The position numbers and the translations under genes were made by a program. A stretch of DNA of 64,000 nt, taken from contig OX597831.1 in assembly GCA_951406725.2 (NCBI GenBank), forward strand, positions 59,024,001 through 59,088,000, given 5' to 3'. A model generated the notes under the pieces. It was not told the origin of the DNA. It saw only the letters and a list, made by a program, of their open reading frames with translations, and ran no database searches. The stretch comes from Octopus vulgaris. Lineage: Eukaryota. This document shows positions 1-10,618 of this stretch, one piece after another (position 1 is the stretch's first letter; each line of letters begins with the position of its first letter).

Positions 1-22
1 ACCAACATTACACCCAGGACAA

Positions 23-186
23 ACAACCCAAACCCTGGAATAACCAAAACTCTTCCAGGAGGCCACACCAACAACCCAGACCCTGGAACAACCAAAACCT
101 CCTCAACAGACAACATAGCAACGGGGGACAGAATCACAACAACCAAAACCTCTTCAACAGACATGTCAACGGGGGACAGAATCACA
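23..186 (+). repeat. Imperfect tandem repeats with 48/51-nt period upstream of the RT ORF
   Basis: aaccaaaac at 42, 90, 141; acgggggacaga at 121 and 169; all spacings are multiples of 3. Confidence 0.85.
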
Positions 187-262
187 TACAGTAAAATACC
201 GCAAATAGAAGAACCCCCAGGATTCCTTTTTTAGGCAAGGGCATCAGTTTCCACGACACCAG

Positions 263-2539
263 ATGGTAGATACCAACCCCGAAAAACCAAAAATAGTGAA
301 TCTTTCTAACCTAAACCTGTCGACACCACAAATAAAAATCCTTTCAAGAGGACTAAAATTCACCCCAACTCCGCAATACCCTAACCTGAGGGAAATACAG
401 GATGACATCTCGCACTTTTGCAGAAAATTACGCCTCACAGAGGAATTTTTTGACAGGAAAACTAATAATAACGACGAATCAATGGTCTGTAACAAAAGCA
501 ACTATAATCCCATAAAAGGCAAAAACAAAACCTTAGACAAATTTTGCGATTACATCTCCAACTTCCCTTATGGTGAACTCCCACAACCTAACCTCAAACC
601 CAACACCAGTAAAAGAGAATGGGAAATCATCCATACGCTACGAGACAATCATGACGTCACAATAAAGGAAGCTGATAAGGGTAGTACGGTCGTTGTTATG
701 AATACTGAGCAATATAAAAACTCTGTATCTCTCCTTTTAGAGGATACCACATACTACGAAAGAGTAGTCGACTACCAGCAATCCAAAACAATGACCAATC
801 TGAAGGCACTCATTTACCAACACCGGAATGACTTGACAGCAAAGGAATGCGACTACATTACTAAATTTAATTGCAAAACCAGCACACTCTATGGGCTTCC
901 AAAAATACACAAGAGTCAAATTATCACAGAAGCTTGCAAAAAGTCCACTTCAACCTGCATCACTATACCACATCCCACTGATCTCAAACTGAGACCAATA
1001 GTGGCAGGCCCAAGTTGTGAAACACACAGACTTAGCAACTTTATAGATATCCTCTTAAAGCCAATACTGAAACACATTCCAAGTATTGTAAGAGATGACC
1101 TGGACCTATTAAACCATCTCCCCAAACATGCCGATAAAGACACCTTAATCGTTTCTTTTGATGTTATTAATCTTTACACCACAATCCCACATGAATATGG
1201 ACTGGAAGCCATTAAATTCTGGCTGGATAAATATCCCAATGAGATCCCGGAAAGAATTAAAAAAGAATTCATAATTGAGGGCCTCAAATTTATTCTGCAA
1301 AACAACTTCATGTATTTCCACAACAACACTTACAGACAGGTCTCAGGAACTGCAATGGGTACGAAAGTTGCACCTACCTATGCAAACCTGGTGATGGCCT
1401 ACCTGGAATCACATATCTATGAAAAATCCAAATATAAGTACGGCCAGTCTTTCCACAAATACCTGTTGGAGAACTGGAAACGCTACTTAGATGATTGCCT
1501 CATCCTATGGTCCCACACACTCGACCAACTTATAGACTTCAAAAACCTTATCAACAGTGTAAATAACAACATTCAATTCACAATGGAATATAGTCAGGAC
1601 CAACTCCCTTTTCTTGACATCCTAATCATTAAAAAAGGCGTCAACATTGAAACTGACATCCATTACAAACCCACTGACTCTAAACAATACCTTCTATTCA
1701 CCTCCAATCACCCAAAACACACAAAGACAAATATCCCCTTCAACCTAGCGAGAAGAATCTGCACTATTGTCTCAAATGACACAACACGAAATAGAAGACA
1801 CCGGGAACTAAGGGCAATTCTTCTCGAAAGACATTACCCGGCATCACTAGTAGACAACCGAATAGAACGGGCCAAATCAATCAACATTCAAGACCTTCGA
1901 AAACCCAAACACATCCACAGTACAGTAAATAGCCTCCCTTATCTCTCAACACACAACCCAAGGAATGCAGAAGCTTACACTATTATATACAACAACATTC
2001 CACAACTAAATCAAGACCCACGCCTGAAAAAAATACTGGCAGCTCATAAAATAATAAAAAGTAAGAGACAACCTAAATCCCTAAAAAACCTCCTCACCAA
2101 CGCAAAATTACACAACACAAACCCACCGCCCACCATCAAAAAATGTGGTCGCCCCAACTGCAAGACCTGCATCCACCTCATTGAGGGATCGTCGTACAAG
2201 TTCCACTCGGGACACACATTCATCATAAAAAATAATTTCACGTGCGCATCAAAAAATTTACTCTACGTCATAAGGTGTGAAGGATGCCACGAAGACTACA
2301 TAGGGCAAACGAGCCTTACCCTCAGAGAAAGAATGACAGTTCACCGACAACAACTGAGGGACCCCTCCACAAGACAGATACCACTAAGTGGACACTTAGA
2401 CCTTTGTGCACACAATAAGTCCCCCAAATTCTTAGTCTTCCCACTATACCAATGCTCGGACAACACCACAGACCAAACACGAATAAATAAGGAAAGTAAT
2501 CTTATTCAAAAATACAGACCACAACTAAACATACTCTAA
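263..2539 (+). CDS. Penelope-like element (Neptune-type) polyprotein: reverse transcriptase + Cys-rich linker + GIY-YIG endonuclease
   Basis: Uninterrupted 758-aa ORF with PLE motifs LSRGLKFTPTP, IKEADKGSTVV, LYGLPKIHK, LRPIV, FDVINLYTTIP, GTAMGTKVAPTYANL, RYLDD (catalytic), LPFLDI, YLLFTSNHP; linker CGRPNCKTC; endonuclease NLLYVIRCEGCHEDYIGQT...LRERMTVH...E...LN. Confidence 0.95.
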   Translation: MVDTNPEKPKIVNLSNLNLSTPQIKILSRGLKFTPTPQYPNLREIQDDISHFCRKLRLTEEFFDRKTNNNDESMVCNKSNYNPIKGKNKTLDKFCDYISNFPYGELPQPNLKPNTSKREWEIIHTLRDNHDVTIKEADKGSTVVVMNTEQYKNSVSLLLEDTTYYERVVDYQQSKTMTNLKALIYQHRNDLTAKECDYITKFNCKTSTLYGLPKIHKSQIITEACKKSTSTCITIPHPTDLKLRPIVAGPSCETHRLSNFIDILLKPILKHIPSIVRDDLDLLNHLPKHADKDTLIVSFDVINLYTTIPHEYGLEAIKFWLDKYPNEIPERIKKEFIIEGLKFILQNNFMYFHNNTYRQVSGTAMGTKVAPTYANLVMAYLESHIYEKSKYKYGQSFHKYLLENWKRYLDDCLILWSHTLDQLIDFKNLINSVNNNIQFTMEYSQDQLPFLDILIIKKGVNIETDIHYKPTDSKQYLLFTSNHPKHTKTNIPFNLARRICTIVSNDTTRNRRHRELRAILLERHYPASLVDNRIERAKSINIQDLRKPKHIHSTVNSLPYLSTHNPRNAEAYTIIYNNIPQLNQDPRLKKILAAHKIIKSKRQPKSLKNLLTNAKLHNTNPPPTIKKCGRPNCKTCIHLIEGSSYKFHSGHTFIIKNNFTCASKNLLYVIRCEGCHEDYIGQTSLTLRERMTVHRQQLRDPSTRQIPLSGHLDLCAHNKSPKFLVFPLYQCSDNTTDQTRINKESNLIQKYRPQLNIL

Positions 2540-2689
2540 CATACCCCCTGGAAACACATCCAGAGCAAGCACACAAGGACGCGCGCACGCTCACAGCATA
2601 TCGTGCGGGCGGGCACATGCGCGCATCGGCACGCATAGGACACACTAGCGGGCATTGACCGCACACATACGTGGCATGCACACGCATGC

Positions 2690-2723
2690 ATTATATATAT
2701 GTAGGTGAATGTATGTGTGTGAG

Positions 2724-2761
<38 letters not shown>

Positions 2762-3217
2762 ACGTTGTGTGTGTGTGTGCGCGGGTGTATATATATATGT
2801 GTGTGTGTGCACTGTGTGCCTGTGTGTATATGTGTGTGTGCGCGCGCGTTGTGTGTGTGTGTGTGTGTGCACGTGTGTATATATGTGTGTGTGTGTGCAC
2901 TGTGTGCGGGTGTGTGTGTATGTGTGTGTGTGTGTGTGTGTGTGAGCATTGTGTACGTGTGTATGTATTTACATGTGTATTTGTTTATATATATACATAT
3001 ATATGTGTGTGTGTGTTGTGTGTGTATATGCATGGTATGTGTGTATATGTTAGTACTTTGTTTGTGTGTGTGTGCGGCATGTAGAGATATATTTGAGTGT
3101 GTACGCTATAGGTTTGTAATTTGTGTGTGTGGGGGGGGTGAATTTTTTATATATATATATATGTGTGTGTATGTGTGTGAAAAAATATATGTATGTGCAT
3201 GTATGTATGTATGTATG

Positions 3218-3248
<31 letters not shown>

Positions 3249-4050
3249 ATACGTGTGTGTGTATGTGTGTGTGTGTATATTTATTTGCATGTTTATGTGT
3301 GTATAAACATGTACATTATTTGCATGCGCATTGTGTATATGTATATTGTATGTATGTGTATTGTATATGTATGTGTACAATTAAGTGTATATATGTGTGT
3401 GTATGTGTGCATTGTATATATGTATATTGTAGGTGTGCTATATATGCATGAATACATGTATATGCATTGCGTGTATATATATGTATGCATTGTGTATGTA
3501 TGTTATGTGTGTGTGTGTGTATATATATATTATATGTATGCGTACGTGTATGTGTATGCATTGTATGTATGTGTATTGTGTGTATATGTGGTACATCTAT
3601 GTATGTGTATGTAAACACTATTTATATGTATATATGTATATATGTATATGCATTGTCTATATATATATATATTATATGTATGTATTGCGTATGTATATTG
3701 CATGCATATATTGTGTATGTGTATTATTTACATGCTGTATGTGTGTATTGTATGTGTATATATATATGCTAGGTGTATTTGTGTGATATTTATATTATGT
3801 ATGTATGTGTGCGTGTGTTGTGTGTGTGTGTGTGTGTTGTGTGTGTAGGTGTGTTATATATCTGTGTATGTTATATATAGATAATGTTATATTTGTGTGC
3901 TGTGTGTATATGTGATATATGTGGGTGCGTTGTGTGTGGGTGTGTGTGTTCTGTGTGTGTGTGTGTTGTTTGTATGTGGTGTGTGTTTGTATACTATGTG
4001 TGTGTGTGTGTGTTGTTGTGTGTGTGTGTGTGTGTATATATATGTGTGTG
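2690..4050. repeat. Complex (TG)n/(TA)n/(TATG)n microsatellite block
   Basis: Direct inspection. Confidence 0.95.
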
Positions 4051-4328
4051 ACAAACAGACGCTATCTGACCAGCAGGCACGGACACATCTATTCACACCC
4101 GCATACTAACCTCCTGATAATCCCAAAATCATTCATGCATAAAGGGGAAGTATACACCACATTGGCTACTTCTTCTTTTCTCTCAGTTCAGCCTTTCTGC
4201 TAATACCGACAGGTCAGTAAAAACATATTCTCGCCTTGAACTTAAAATATTCTGAGATGTATAAAAAATCCATTTTAATTTTTGCTGTCAAAAGGCTGTA
4301 TATATATACCAAAGATTGTATATATATA

Positions 4329-4600
4329 CATGTAATGTGACAATTTGCGACAACCAATAATTAACGCAACCAATTCCCAATAATATATTTGTTTTATCCT
4401 TTTCTGCCAAATTTTCCCAAATATTCTCATCACACTATTGAACTTCTCTGTTACCAAACACTATATTTATACATGTAATGTGACAATTATGTATAAAAAA
4501 ACATTTTTGAATTCATAATATCCAATGTGACAATTATGTAAAAAACTTTTTTGAATGCATAATATTCAATGTGACAATTATGTAAAAAACTTTTTTTGAA
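4329..4600 (+). repeat. Short direct repeats (aatgtgacaatt...) x4 in the PLE 3' region
   Basis: aatgtgacaatt at about 4334, 4477, 4524, 4568, the last three followed by atgta(t)aaaaaac-T-run-gaa. Confidence 0.85.
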
Positions 4601-4628
4601 CCCATATTATTCAATGTTTCCTTAAATG

Positions 4629-4673
4629 TTACTTTTGACAATCTTTTAAGAAAGAGTGAAACCGGTTAAGTAA
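4629..4673 (+). ncRNA. Variant minimal type-I hammerhead-like motif at the PLE 3' end
   Basis: ttactt-TTGACAA-tcttt(taag)aaaga-gt-GAAA-ccgg-TT-aagtaa: 6-bp stem I, palindromic stem III, non-canonical core (UUGACAA for CUGANGA). Confidence 0.55.
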
Positions 4674-4710
4674 ATAAACATCGTTTAAATTGCATTTTCA
4701 AACCTTTTTT

Positions 4711-4751
<41 letters not shown>

Positions 4752-4758
<7 letters not shown>

Positions 4759-5128
4759 TAAAAAATGGAGTTAACGCAGGTGTAATCAAATATTTTTACT
4801 TTCGATACATGTTTCGAATATTCTACTGATACTATATATATATATATATATATAGGGTAAGCAACAACCTGCTTAGACATACCGAAAATTTTGAATAGTA
4901 TCAGTGGAATTTTCGAAACATGTGTCGAAAGTAAAAATATTTGATTACGCCTGCGTTAACTCCATTTTTTATTCATATTATTCAAAATATTCAACGTAAA
5001 CACGAAGTTTCTACCTTTATAAACAAGGAGTTACAACAACTTTACTTGTGAGATTTTTGCTGCCCTGGTAACTATTTATTTATTTTTTCCGTGTTAATAT
5101 TGTTAACAAGGTAAAAATACACTCATCC

Positions 5129-5131
<3 letters not shown>
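4752..5131. mobile_element. Fold-back pLTR-like module in (TA)n, arms 4752-4834 / 4896-4978
   Basis: About 83-bp near-perfect inverted repeat; the spacer holds (TA)n plus a 45-bp piece (gggtaagcaacaacctgcttagacataccgaaa) matching the start of the 5729 module. Confidence 0.75.
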
Positions 5132-5196
<65 letters not shown>

Positions 5197-5197
<1 letters not shown>

Positions 5198-5707
5198 CAA
5201 TTGAGGATAAAATCTTTAAAAGAAATTATCAGTAGTCAGCGTGAAAAACCTCGTAAGAGAAAAAATCCGTAAATTCTTCCTCTTTGAAAATATTCATTTA
5301 TATTATATTGAGGGTACTACTATACGTAGATACCACACGCTAAGAGGGACCAATGCGGTCAAAACTACTAAAAATAAACAAAATTTTACCGAATGCAAAA
5401 CTTCAAAACACATCATTTTAAAAAGGAATTCAGTTACATATCACATGTGATTTCGCATTTAATGCAGAATATGCATTTCATGTTCGTCAGTGCAACAAAC
5501 TCAAGAAATATAAGAAAAAACATAACATTACAAACTCGATAGCCAACCGTAGAATTCGTCGTAGCATGTACGAATGTTTATCCTTACATATCTATGAAAA
5601 TGGCGGGCTTTTTCGGGTAAAATTTTGTTTATTTTTAGTAGGTTTGACCGCATTGGTCCCTCTTATCGTGTGATATCTACGTATAGTAGTACCCTCAATA
5701 TAATATA
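5197..5707. mobile_element. Fold-back pLTR-like module with hammerhead, arms 5300-5390 / 5616-5707
   Basis: Inverted repeat, (TA)n on both sides, homologous to 9928-10748. Confidence 0.8.
5433..5496 (-). ncRNA. Type-I hammerhead ribozyme
   Basis: Reverse complement: gttgca-CTGACGA-acatgaaatgca(tattc)tgcattaaatgc-GAAA-tcacatgtga-TA-tgtaac; palindromic stem III; A/C mismatch at base of stem II. Confidence 0.8.
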
Positions 5708-5890
5708 TATATATACATATATATATATAGGGTAAGCAACAACTTGCTTAGCCACATACCGAAACTTTAGAAATAGCAGTAAAACATCGCTTATTTCCAT
5801 TTTCTACAAATAAAACTCCACATATAATACATACAAGTAACTCACATATGTAAAAAGAAGGAAAAATATCGAAAAGTAATACTTCGGTCA

Positions 5891-5949
5891 GTTACGAACG
5901 CGTTTCTGGGCTAGAATTATAAATAACTCATTCCCGTCCTCAGAGCAAC
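5891..5949 (-). ncRNA. Type-I hammerhead ribozyme (slightly decayed)
   Basis: Reverse complement: gttgct-CTGAGGA-cggg...ccca-GAAA-cgcg-TT-cgtaac. Confidence 0.7.
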
Positions 5950-6119
5950 ATTCCATTAGATTATAGAATTGCAAATGATAATTTTTGGAGGAAAAATACG
6001 AATTCATTCGTCTATATGGATTTGGCTTGTGTTGACGATCTTTTGCTATCTCCAGTGGCGCGAGATCGGGTTGTAAGAGGTAGGTAAATAACATTTGCAA
6101 ATCTACAATCTAATGGAAT

Positions 6120-6178
6120 GTTGTGCTGATGATGGGAAGGAGTTATTTATAAATCTAACCCAGAAACGCGTCCGTAAC
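6120..6178 (+). ncRNA. Type-I hammerhead ribozyme
   Basis: gttgtg-CTGATGA-tggg...ccca-GAAA-cgcg-TC-cgtaac; canonical core, GUC site, palindromic stem III. Confidence 0.85.
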
Positions 6179-6368
6179 TGACCGTGACTTTGTTTTCGTC
6201 ATGTTCCCTCCTTTTTACATATGTGAGTTACATGTATGTTATATGTGAAGTTATATTTGTGGTAAATGGAAATCAGCGGTATTTGATAGCTATTTCTAAA
6301 TTTTCGGTATGTGGCTAAGCAACCTGTTTATTTATACATATACCTAAAGAACTTTTTGTAAAGGTTCC

Positions 6369-6410
6369 TACCGATAATGGTTTTATTTCCCTACCGAAAA
6401 CTACTCGGTA
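6369..6410 (+). ncRNA. Degenerate hammerhead remnant
   Basis: tacc-gataa-tggt...accg-aaaa-ctac-TC-ggta; stems I and II retained, core decayed. Confidence 0.4.
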
Positions 6411-6480
6411 ATAATTGTTGATTTTAAAATTAATAATCATTTACCCTTATATTTTCACACACACACACACATACGCCCCC

Positions 6481-6545
<65 letters not shown>

Positions 6546-6547
6546 CA

Positions 6548-6925
6548 TGTAGGCGTCGCTGTGTGGTAAGAAGCGTGCTTTCCAAAAACATCGTTCTTGT
6601 TTCAGTCCCAGTCCGTGACAAATGTAAGTAGTAGCTTCTAACATAGCCCCGTGCTAACCAGACTTTGAATATATCGGTGTGGGTGTATGTTTGGGTGGTG
6701 TGGGTGTTTGTGTTTGTGTGTTTGTTTCTGTGTTTCTTCCACGACAACTCCACCTCACAATTGATGTTGGTGTGTTTAATTTTTCGTAACATGGCTATGC
6801 GGCGAAGCGTAACGATAGTAGATGGCTTAAAATGTATATACTGGAGATTAATGCGTTTGACTATCATATTTAAAGGCATTGTTCTTCCATTGCTTCAGTT
6901 TAATGACTGGAGGAAAGAAAAGTTA
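6548..6925 (+). mobile_element. Old tRNA-derived SINE with internal microsatellite (family A)
   Basis: Head gctgtgtggtaagaagc...ttcagtccca, similar to 38625 and 43170 and to the reverse complement of 19990-20135. Confidence 0.65.
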
Positions 6926-6939
6926 AACACACACACACA

Positions 6940-6971
<32 letters not shown>

Positions 6972-7039
6972 TATACGTATATACAAGAAACCCTCCCGCA
7001 CGCTGATATTTATGCATGCAACCTTTTCTGCAATACGAG

Positions 7040-7350
7040 CCTAAGGACTAATACACTATCACTCCGTAGGTTTGAATGACGTGGGTTCTAATTTAACGTG
7101 CGACTGGCTGAGCAATTCACAGAGACCTGTAATCTTAATGTCGTTCTCAGTGGCATTCAGCAGATCACAGAATGTGACGAGGCTGGACCTTTTGAAATAC
7201 GGACACTACTCATTTTTGCCAGTTCAGTGGACTAGAGAGCAACGTGAAATAAAGTGTTTTTCTCAAAAACAAAATACACGAACAGGATTCGAACTCAGAA
7301 TCTTACAATCGCGAACTGTTTTCCCTAAACAGCAAGCTACACACCTTCAC
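7040..7350 (-). mobile_element. tRNA-derived SINE (family D), degenerate
   Basis: B-box-like ggattcgaactc; similar to 50990-51260. Confidence 0.6.
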
Positions 7351-7809
7351 CAAAGAACGTGATGCTGTATGTGGGGAACACTGTAAATACACAATATAAA
7401 TGTCAGTGTATGAAAGCCTATTTTATATACATATTTTCCTTATTTATATGTTATAAACTCGATGTATGAAATTATCCAATGTGTCATGAGAAAAGATTAC
7501 GTTTTAAGGGCTGAATTAACATTATAACATACCGAGAATTCGTCCGTATATTGTCAGATAATTTTGTCGGTACATTCTTTGCTCTACTAATGCCCCGAAC
7601 ATAATAAACGATTTATACGCAAATGTGCAGCATTTCACTGTTAGGCATGTAAATATTAAATCATGCAGTATGTGTATAGCCCGATAGACACATACGAGAG
7701 AAATTTAATATTTATGTGCCTAAGAAACCTGGAATATATTTAGAGGAATTTAGATACTGCTAAATTGAAAACATCCGTATATGTATGCATGTAAATAAAT
7801 AAATACGTT

Positions 7810-7852
7810 AAAAATGTGTGTGTATGTGTACGCATGTGTGCGTGAATGTGTG

Positions 7853-7931
<79 letters not shown>

Positions 7932-7952
7932 TTATATATTTATATATTTGTA

Positions 7953-7992
<40 letters not shown>

Positions 7993-8155
7993 TACATATA
8001 TATTTGTATATATGTATATATATATTTACTTATACATTTATATATTTGTATATATGTATATATATATATATATATACTTATATATATATATATATATATA
8101 TATACTTATATATTTATATATTTGTATATATGTATATGTGTGCTCATATATATTA
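7810..8155. repeat. (TA)n-rich microsatellite
   Basis: Direct inspection. Confidence 0.95.
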
Positions 8156-8912
8156 TAAAGCATTCCTCTATTACATTTGACAGCAGTTGCATAACAGGAG
8201 TCAGATGAACATGAACCAGTTTAAAGTAGACGGTTTAAGATAAAATATGAACAGGGTTAAATATATTGACTTAATATTAAATACGTATGTTAATACAAAA
8301 ATGCAAATTTATATACGTAGCTATTTGTATACATTGAGAAAGATGAACATTTGCACATAAATATTCGCATTTAATCATAAAAGCATAAAAACCCGGATAG
8401 GTATGTACCAATCGATGTATTTGTATAATTGTAAAATAATATGTAAAAATGGAATATTTGTATGTATAGAACTGAAAGAGCATACAAGAATATTAAGGCG
8501 AAAATTTGGTTTATGGGCACATGTACACCCTTGAATCACTTGGTCTTTCATAAACACGCACCTACATTTTATCTCGCTTCCTATGCAATCATTTTCATGT
8601 CATATGTATGTGTATGTCTGTCTGTCTACCTACATAATGTATATGTATAATATATGTATGTACACATAACCACACATATTTTGTATACAGAGATAGACGT
8701 ACAGATTCACAGAGACACACTCGCATATATTAGGAGAGAATAAACAGACAAAAGGTGATATCACTTTAGATAAGTTAAAATAGTTTTTTACTAAGAATAT
8801 CCTTGAGTCTTCAGTAATGGAACTATTATCCACTATTTCTATGAAATGATAACTACTAATATTTTTATTTAGGAGGTTCATTCCCTGATTCATTCTCTCC
8901 AAAGACAAAATA

Positions 8913-9431
8913 TTGTGTTGTCCGGAAGGTTTGTGTTGATTTATAGTTGCTTATATTCCGACTTATTTTAGAGCACACTTTAAGCTATCTTTCCGTGGAA
9001 GAAGGTTTATGTTCCTATAACCTGTGTTAATTCTGTAACCCTTTAAAATGGAAGATACGAAAGTTTATTTTCGGCATTTGATGCTTTGGGAACCAGACAA
9101 AAATTGCTGCGGCTCGGCTGGGATGTATTACCCCACCCTCCATATTCACCGGATATTGCTCCTTCGGATTTCCACTTATATAGGTCTCTGCAGCGTAGTC
9201 TAAATGGTAAAATTTTCAATTCCTTGGATGACATAAAAAGATACCTTGAAGAATTATTTGCCATGAAACCACTTCAATTCTGGAAAGAGGGTATTTTCAA
9301 GTTAAAGGAAAAATGGAGACGCATTGTGCAACAAAATGATTCATATTCGGTTGATTGAAAATATAATGGCAAATATTTATTGACCTTTTTCTTTGCTTTA
9401 AAAATCGGCACGAACTTTCTGGACAACTCAA
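8913..9431 (+). mobile_element. Internally deleted mariner DNA transposon
   Basis: About 30-bp TIRs (ttgtgttgtccggaaggtttgtgttgattt / aaatcggcacgaactttctggacaactcaa) with TA on both sides; N-terminal MEDTKVYFRHLMLWE joined to C-terminal LGWDVLPHPPYSPDIAPSDFHLYRSLQ. Confidence 0.92.
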
Positions 9432-9772
9432 TAGTTAGCATACATGAAAATCATTAGTTAATGACATGTGTCCCACATGCTTAGCTATACAAGGGTCCCT
9501 GGGAAAGGACCCGGCAAATTATTTCAAAATACAGTGTTTATTATAAATACTCTGCAACTGTTTGTATTTTAAATTACATGCTCAAAGTCATAAGACATTT
9601 TGATTGTTTATTCCCCGTTTTTAATATATATCTACCCACTCTGTAACAAACCATTTACAGCCACATTTTATAGGCACCTACACCACCACCTATCTTCCAA
9701 CTCCAGTTCCAATCGTAGTTTTAGTGGTAAAGCAACACGAGAACTTGTACATTCCTCATACATTACATAATT

Positions 9773-9816
<44 letters not shown>

Positions 9817-9831
9817 GTATATATACATATG

Positions 9832-9929
<98 letters not shown>

Positions 9930-10162
9930 AAAATAGGATAAAATCTTCATAATAAATGATCAAGTAGTTAGCGTAAAAAAACCTCGTAAGAGAAAAAATC
10001 TGTAAATTTATTCAACTTGAAAATATTTATTTATATTATATAGAGGGCACTATTACACATAAATGCAGCACGCTAGGAGGGACTTTTAAAGTCAGAACTA
10101 CCAAAAGAAGCAAATTGTACCGAATGCAATCATCGAAGCGAGTCATTTAAAAACAGAATTTA

Positions 10163-10226
10163 GTTACATATCACCTGTGATTTCACAATCAATGCAGTAT
10201 ATGCATTTTATGTTCTTCAGTGCAAC
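10163..10226 (-). ncRNA. Type-I hammerhead ribozyme
   Basis: Reverse complement: gttgca-CTGAAGA-aca..aatgca(tatac)tgcatt..tgt-GAAA-tcacaggtga-TA-tgtaac. Confidence 0.82.
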
Positions 10227-10554
10227 GAACTCAAGATATATATGAATGAACAAGAACAACATACCAGACGAGCAACCGCAGTGTCCATCGCAGTGTCCAT
10301 CATAAGAAATTATCAAGTAGTTAGCTTCTTGATAATTTCTTATGAAGATTTTACCCTATTTTTGAATTTATATTTTTCACCGGAACAGTTCAATACTGAA
10401 TTTTTGTTCCGAGTAAGCACGTTACCGAAATGCAATTAGAAAAGCCCGCCATTTACATAGATATGTATGGATGAACAATCATATATGCTGCGATGGACAC
10501 TGCGGTTGCTCGTCTGGTATGTTGTTCTTGTTCATTCATATATATCTTGAGTTC

Positions 10555-10618
10555 GTTGCACTGAAGAACATAAAATGCATATACTGCATTGATTGCGAAA
10601 TCACAGGTGATATGTAAC
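10555..10618 (+). ncRNA. Type-I hammerhead ribozyme
   Basis: gttgca-CTGAAGA-acataaaatgcatatactgcattgattgc-GAAA-tcacaggtga-TA-tgtaac. Confidence 0.82.

Larger units (their letters stand above)
1..4712 (+). mobile_element. Penelope-like retroelement (5' end outside window): upstream repeat-rich frame, RT-EN ORF, microsatellite-containing 3' region, terminal HHR-like motif and AATAAA, ending at (TA)n
   Basis: A/C-rich sense strand before and after the microsatellite block; hammerhead-like fold at 4629-4673 followed by AATAAA (4673-4678); abuts (TA)n at about 4713. That 4050-4712 belongs to the same element is inferred. Confidence 0.7.
5729..6340. mobile_element. Fold-back module with a hammerhead in each arm, arms about 5744-5977 / 6092-6322
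   Basis: About 230-bp diverged inverted repeat flanked by TA-rich tracts; shares cacataccgaaa-ttagaaatagc with 23187-23555. Confidence 0.85.

Noticed and set aside
244-2241. Short minus-strand ORFs over the PLE
   Set aside because: Antisense shadows of the RT ORF with no motifs.
2502-4203. Many overlapping ORFs ([12 protein letters not shown])
   Set aside because: Translations of dinucleotide microsatellites that lack stops; the same applies at 7750, 35910, 46635, 52585 and 60723.
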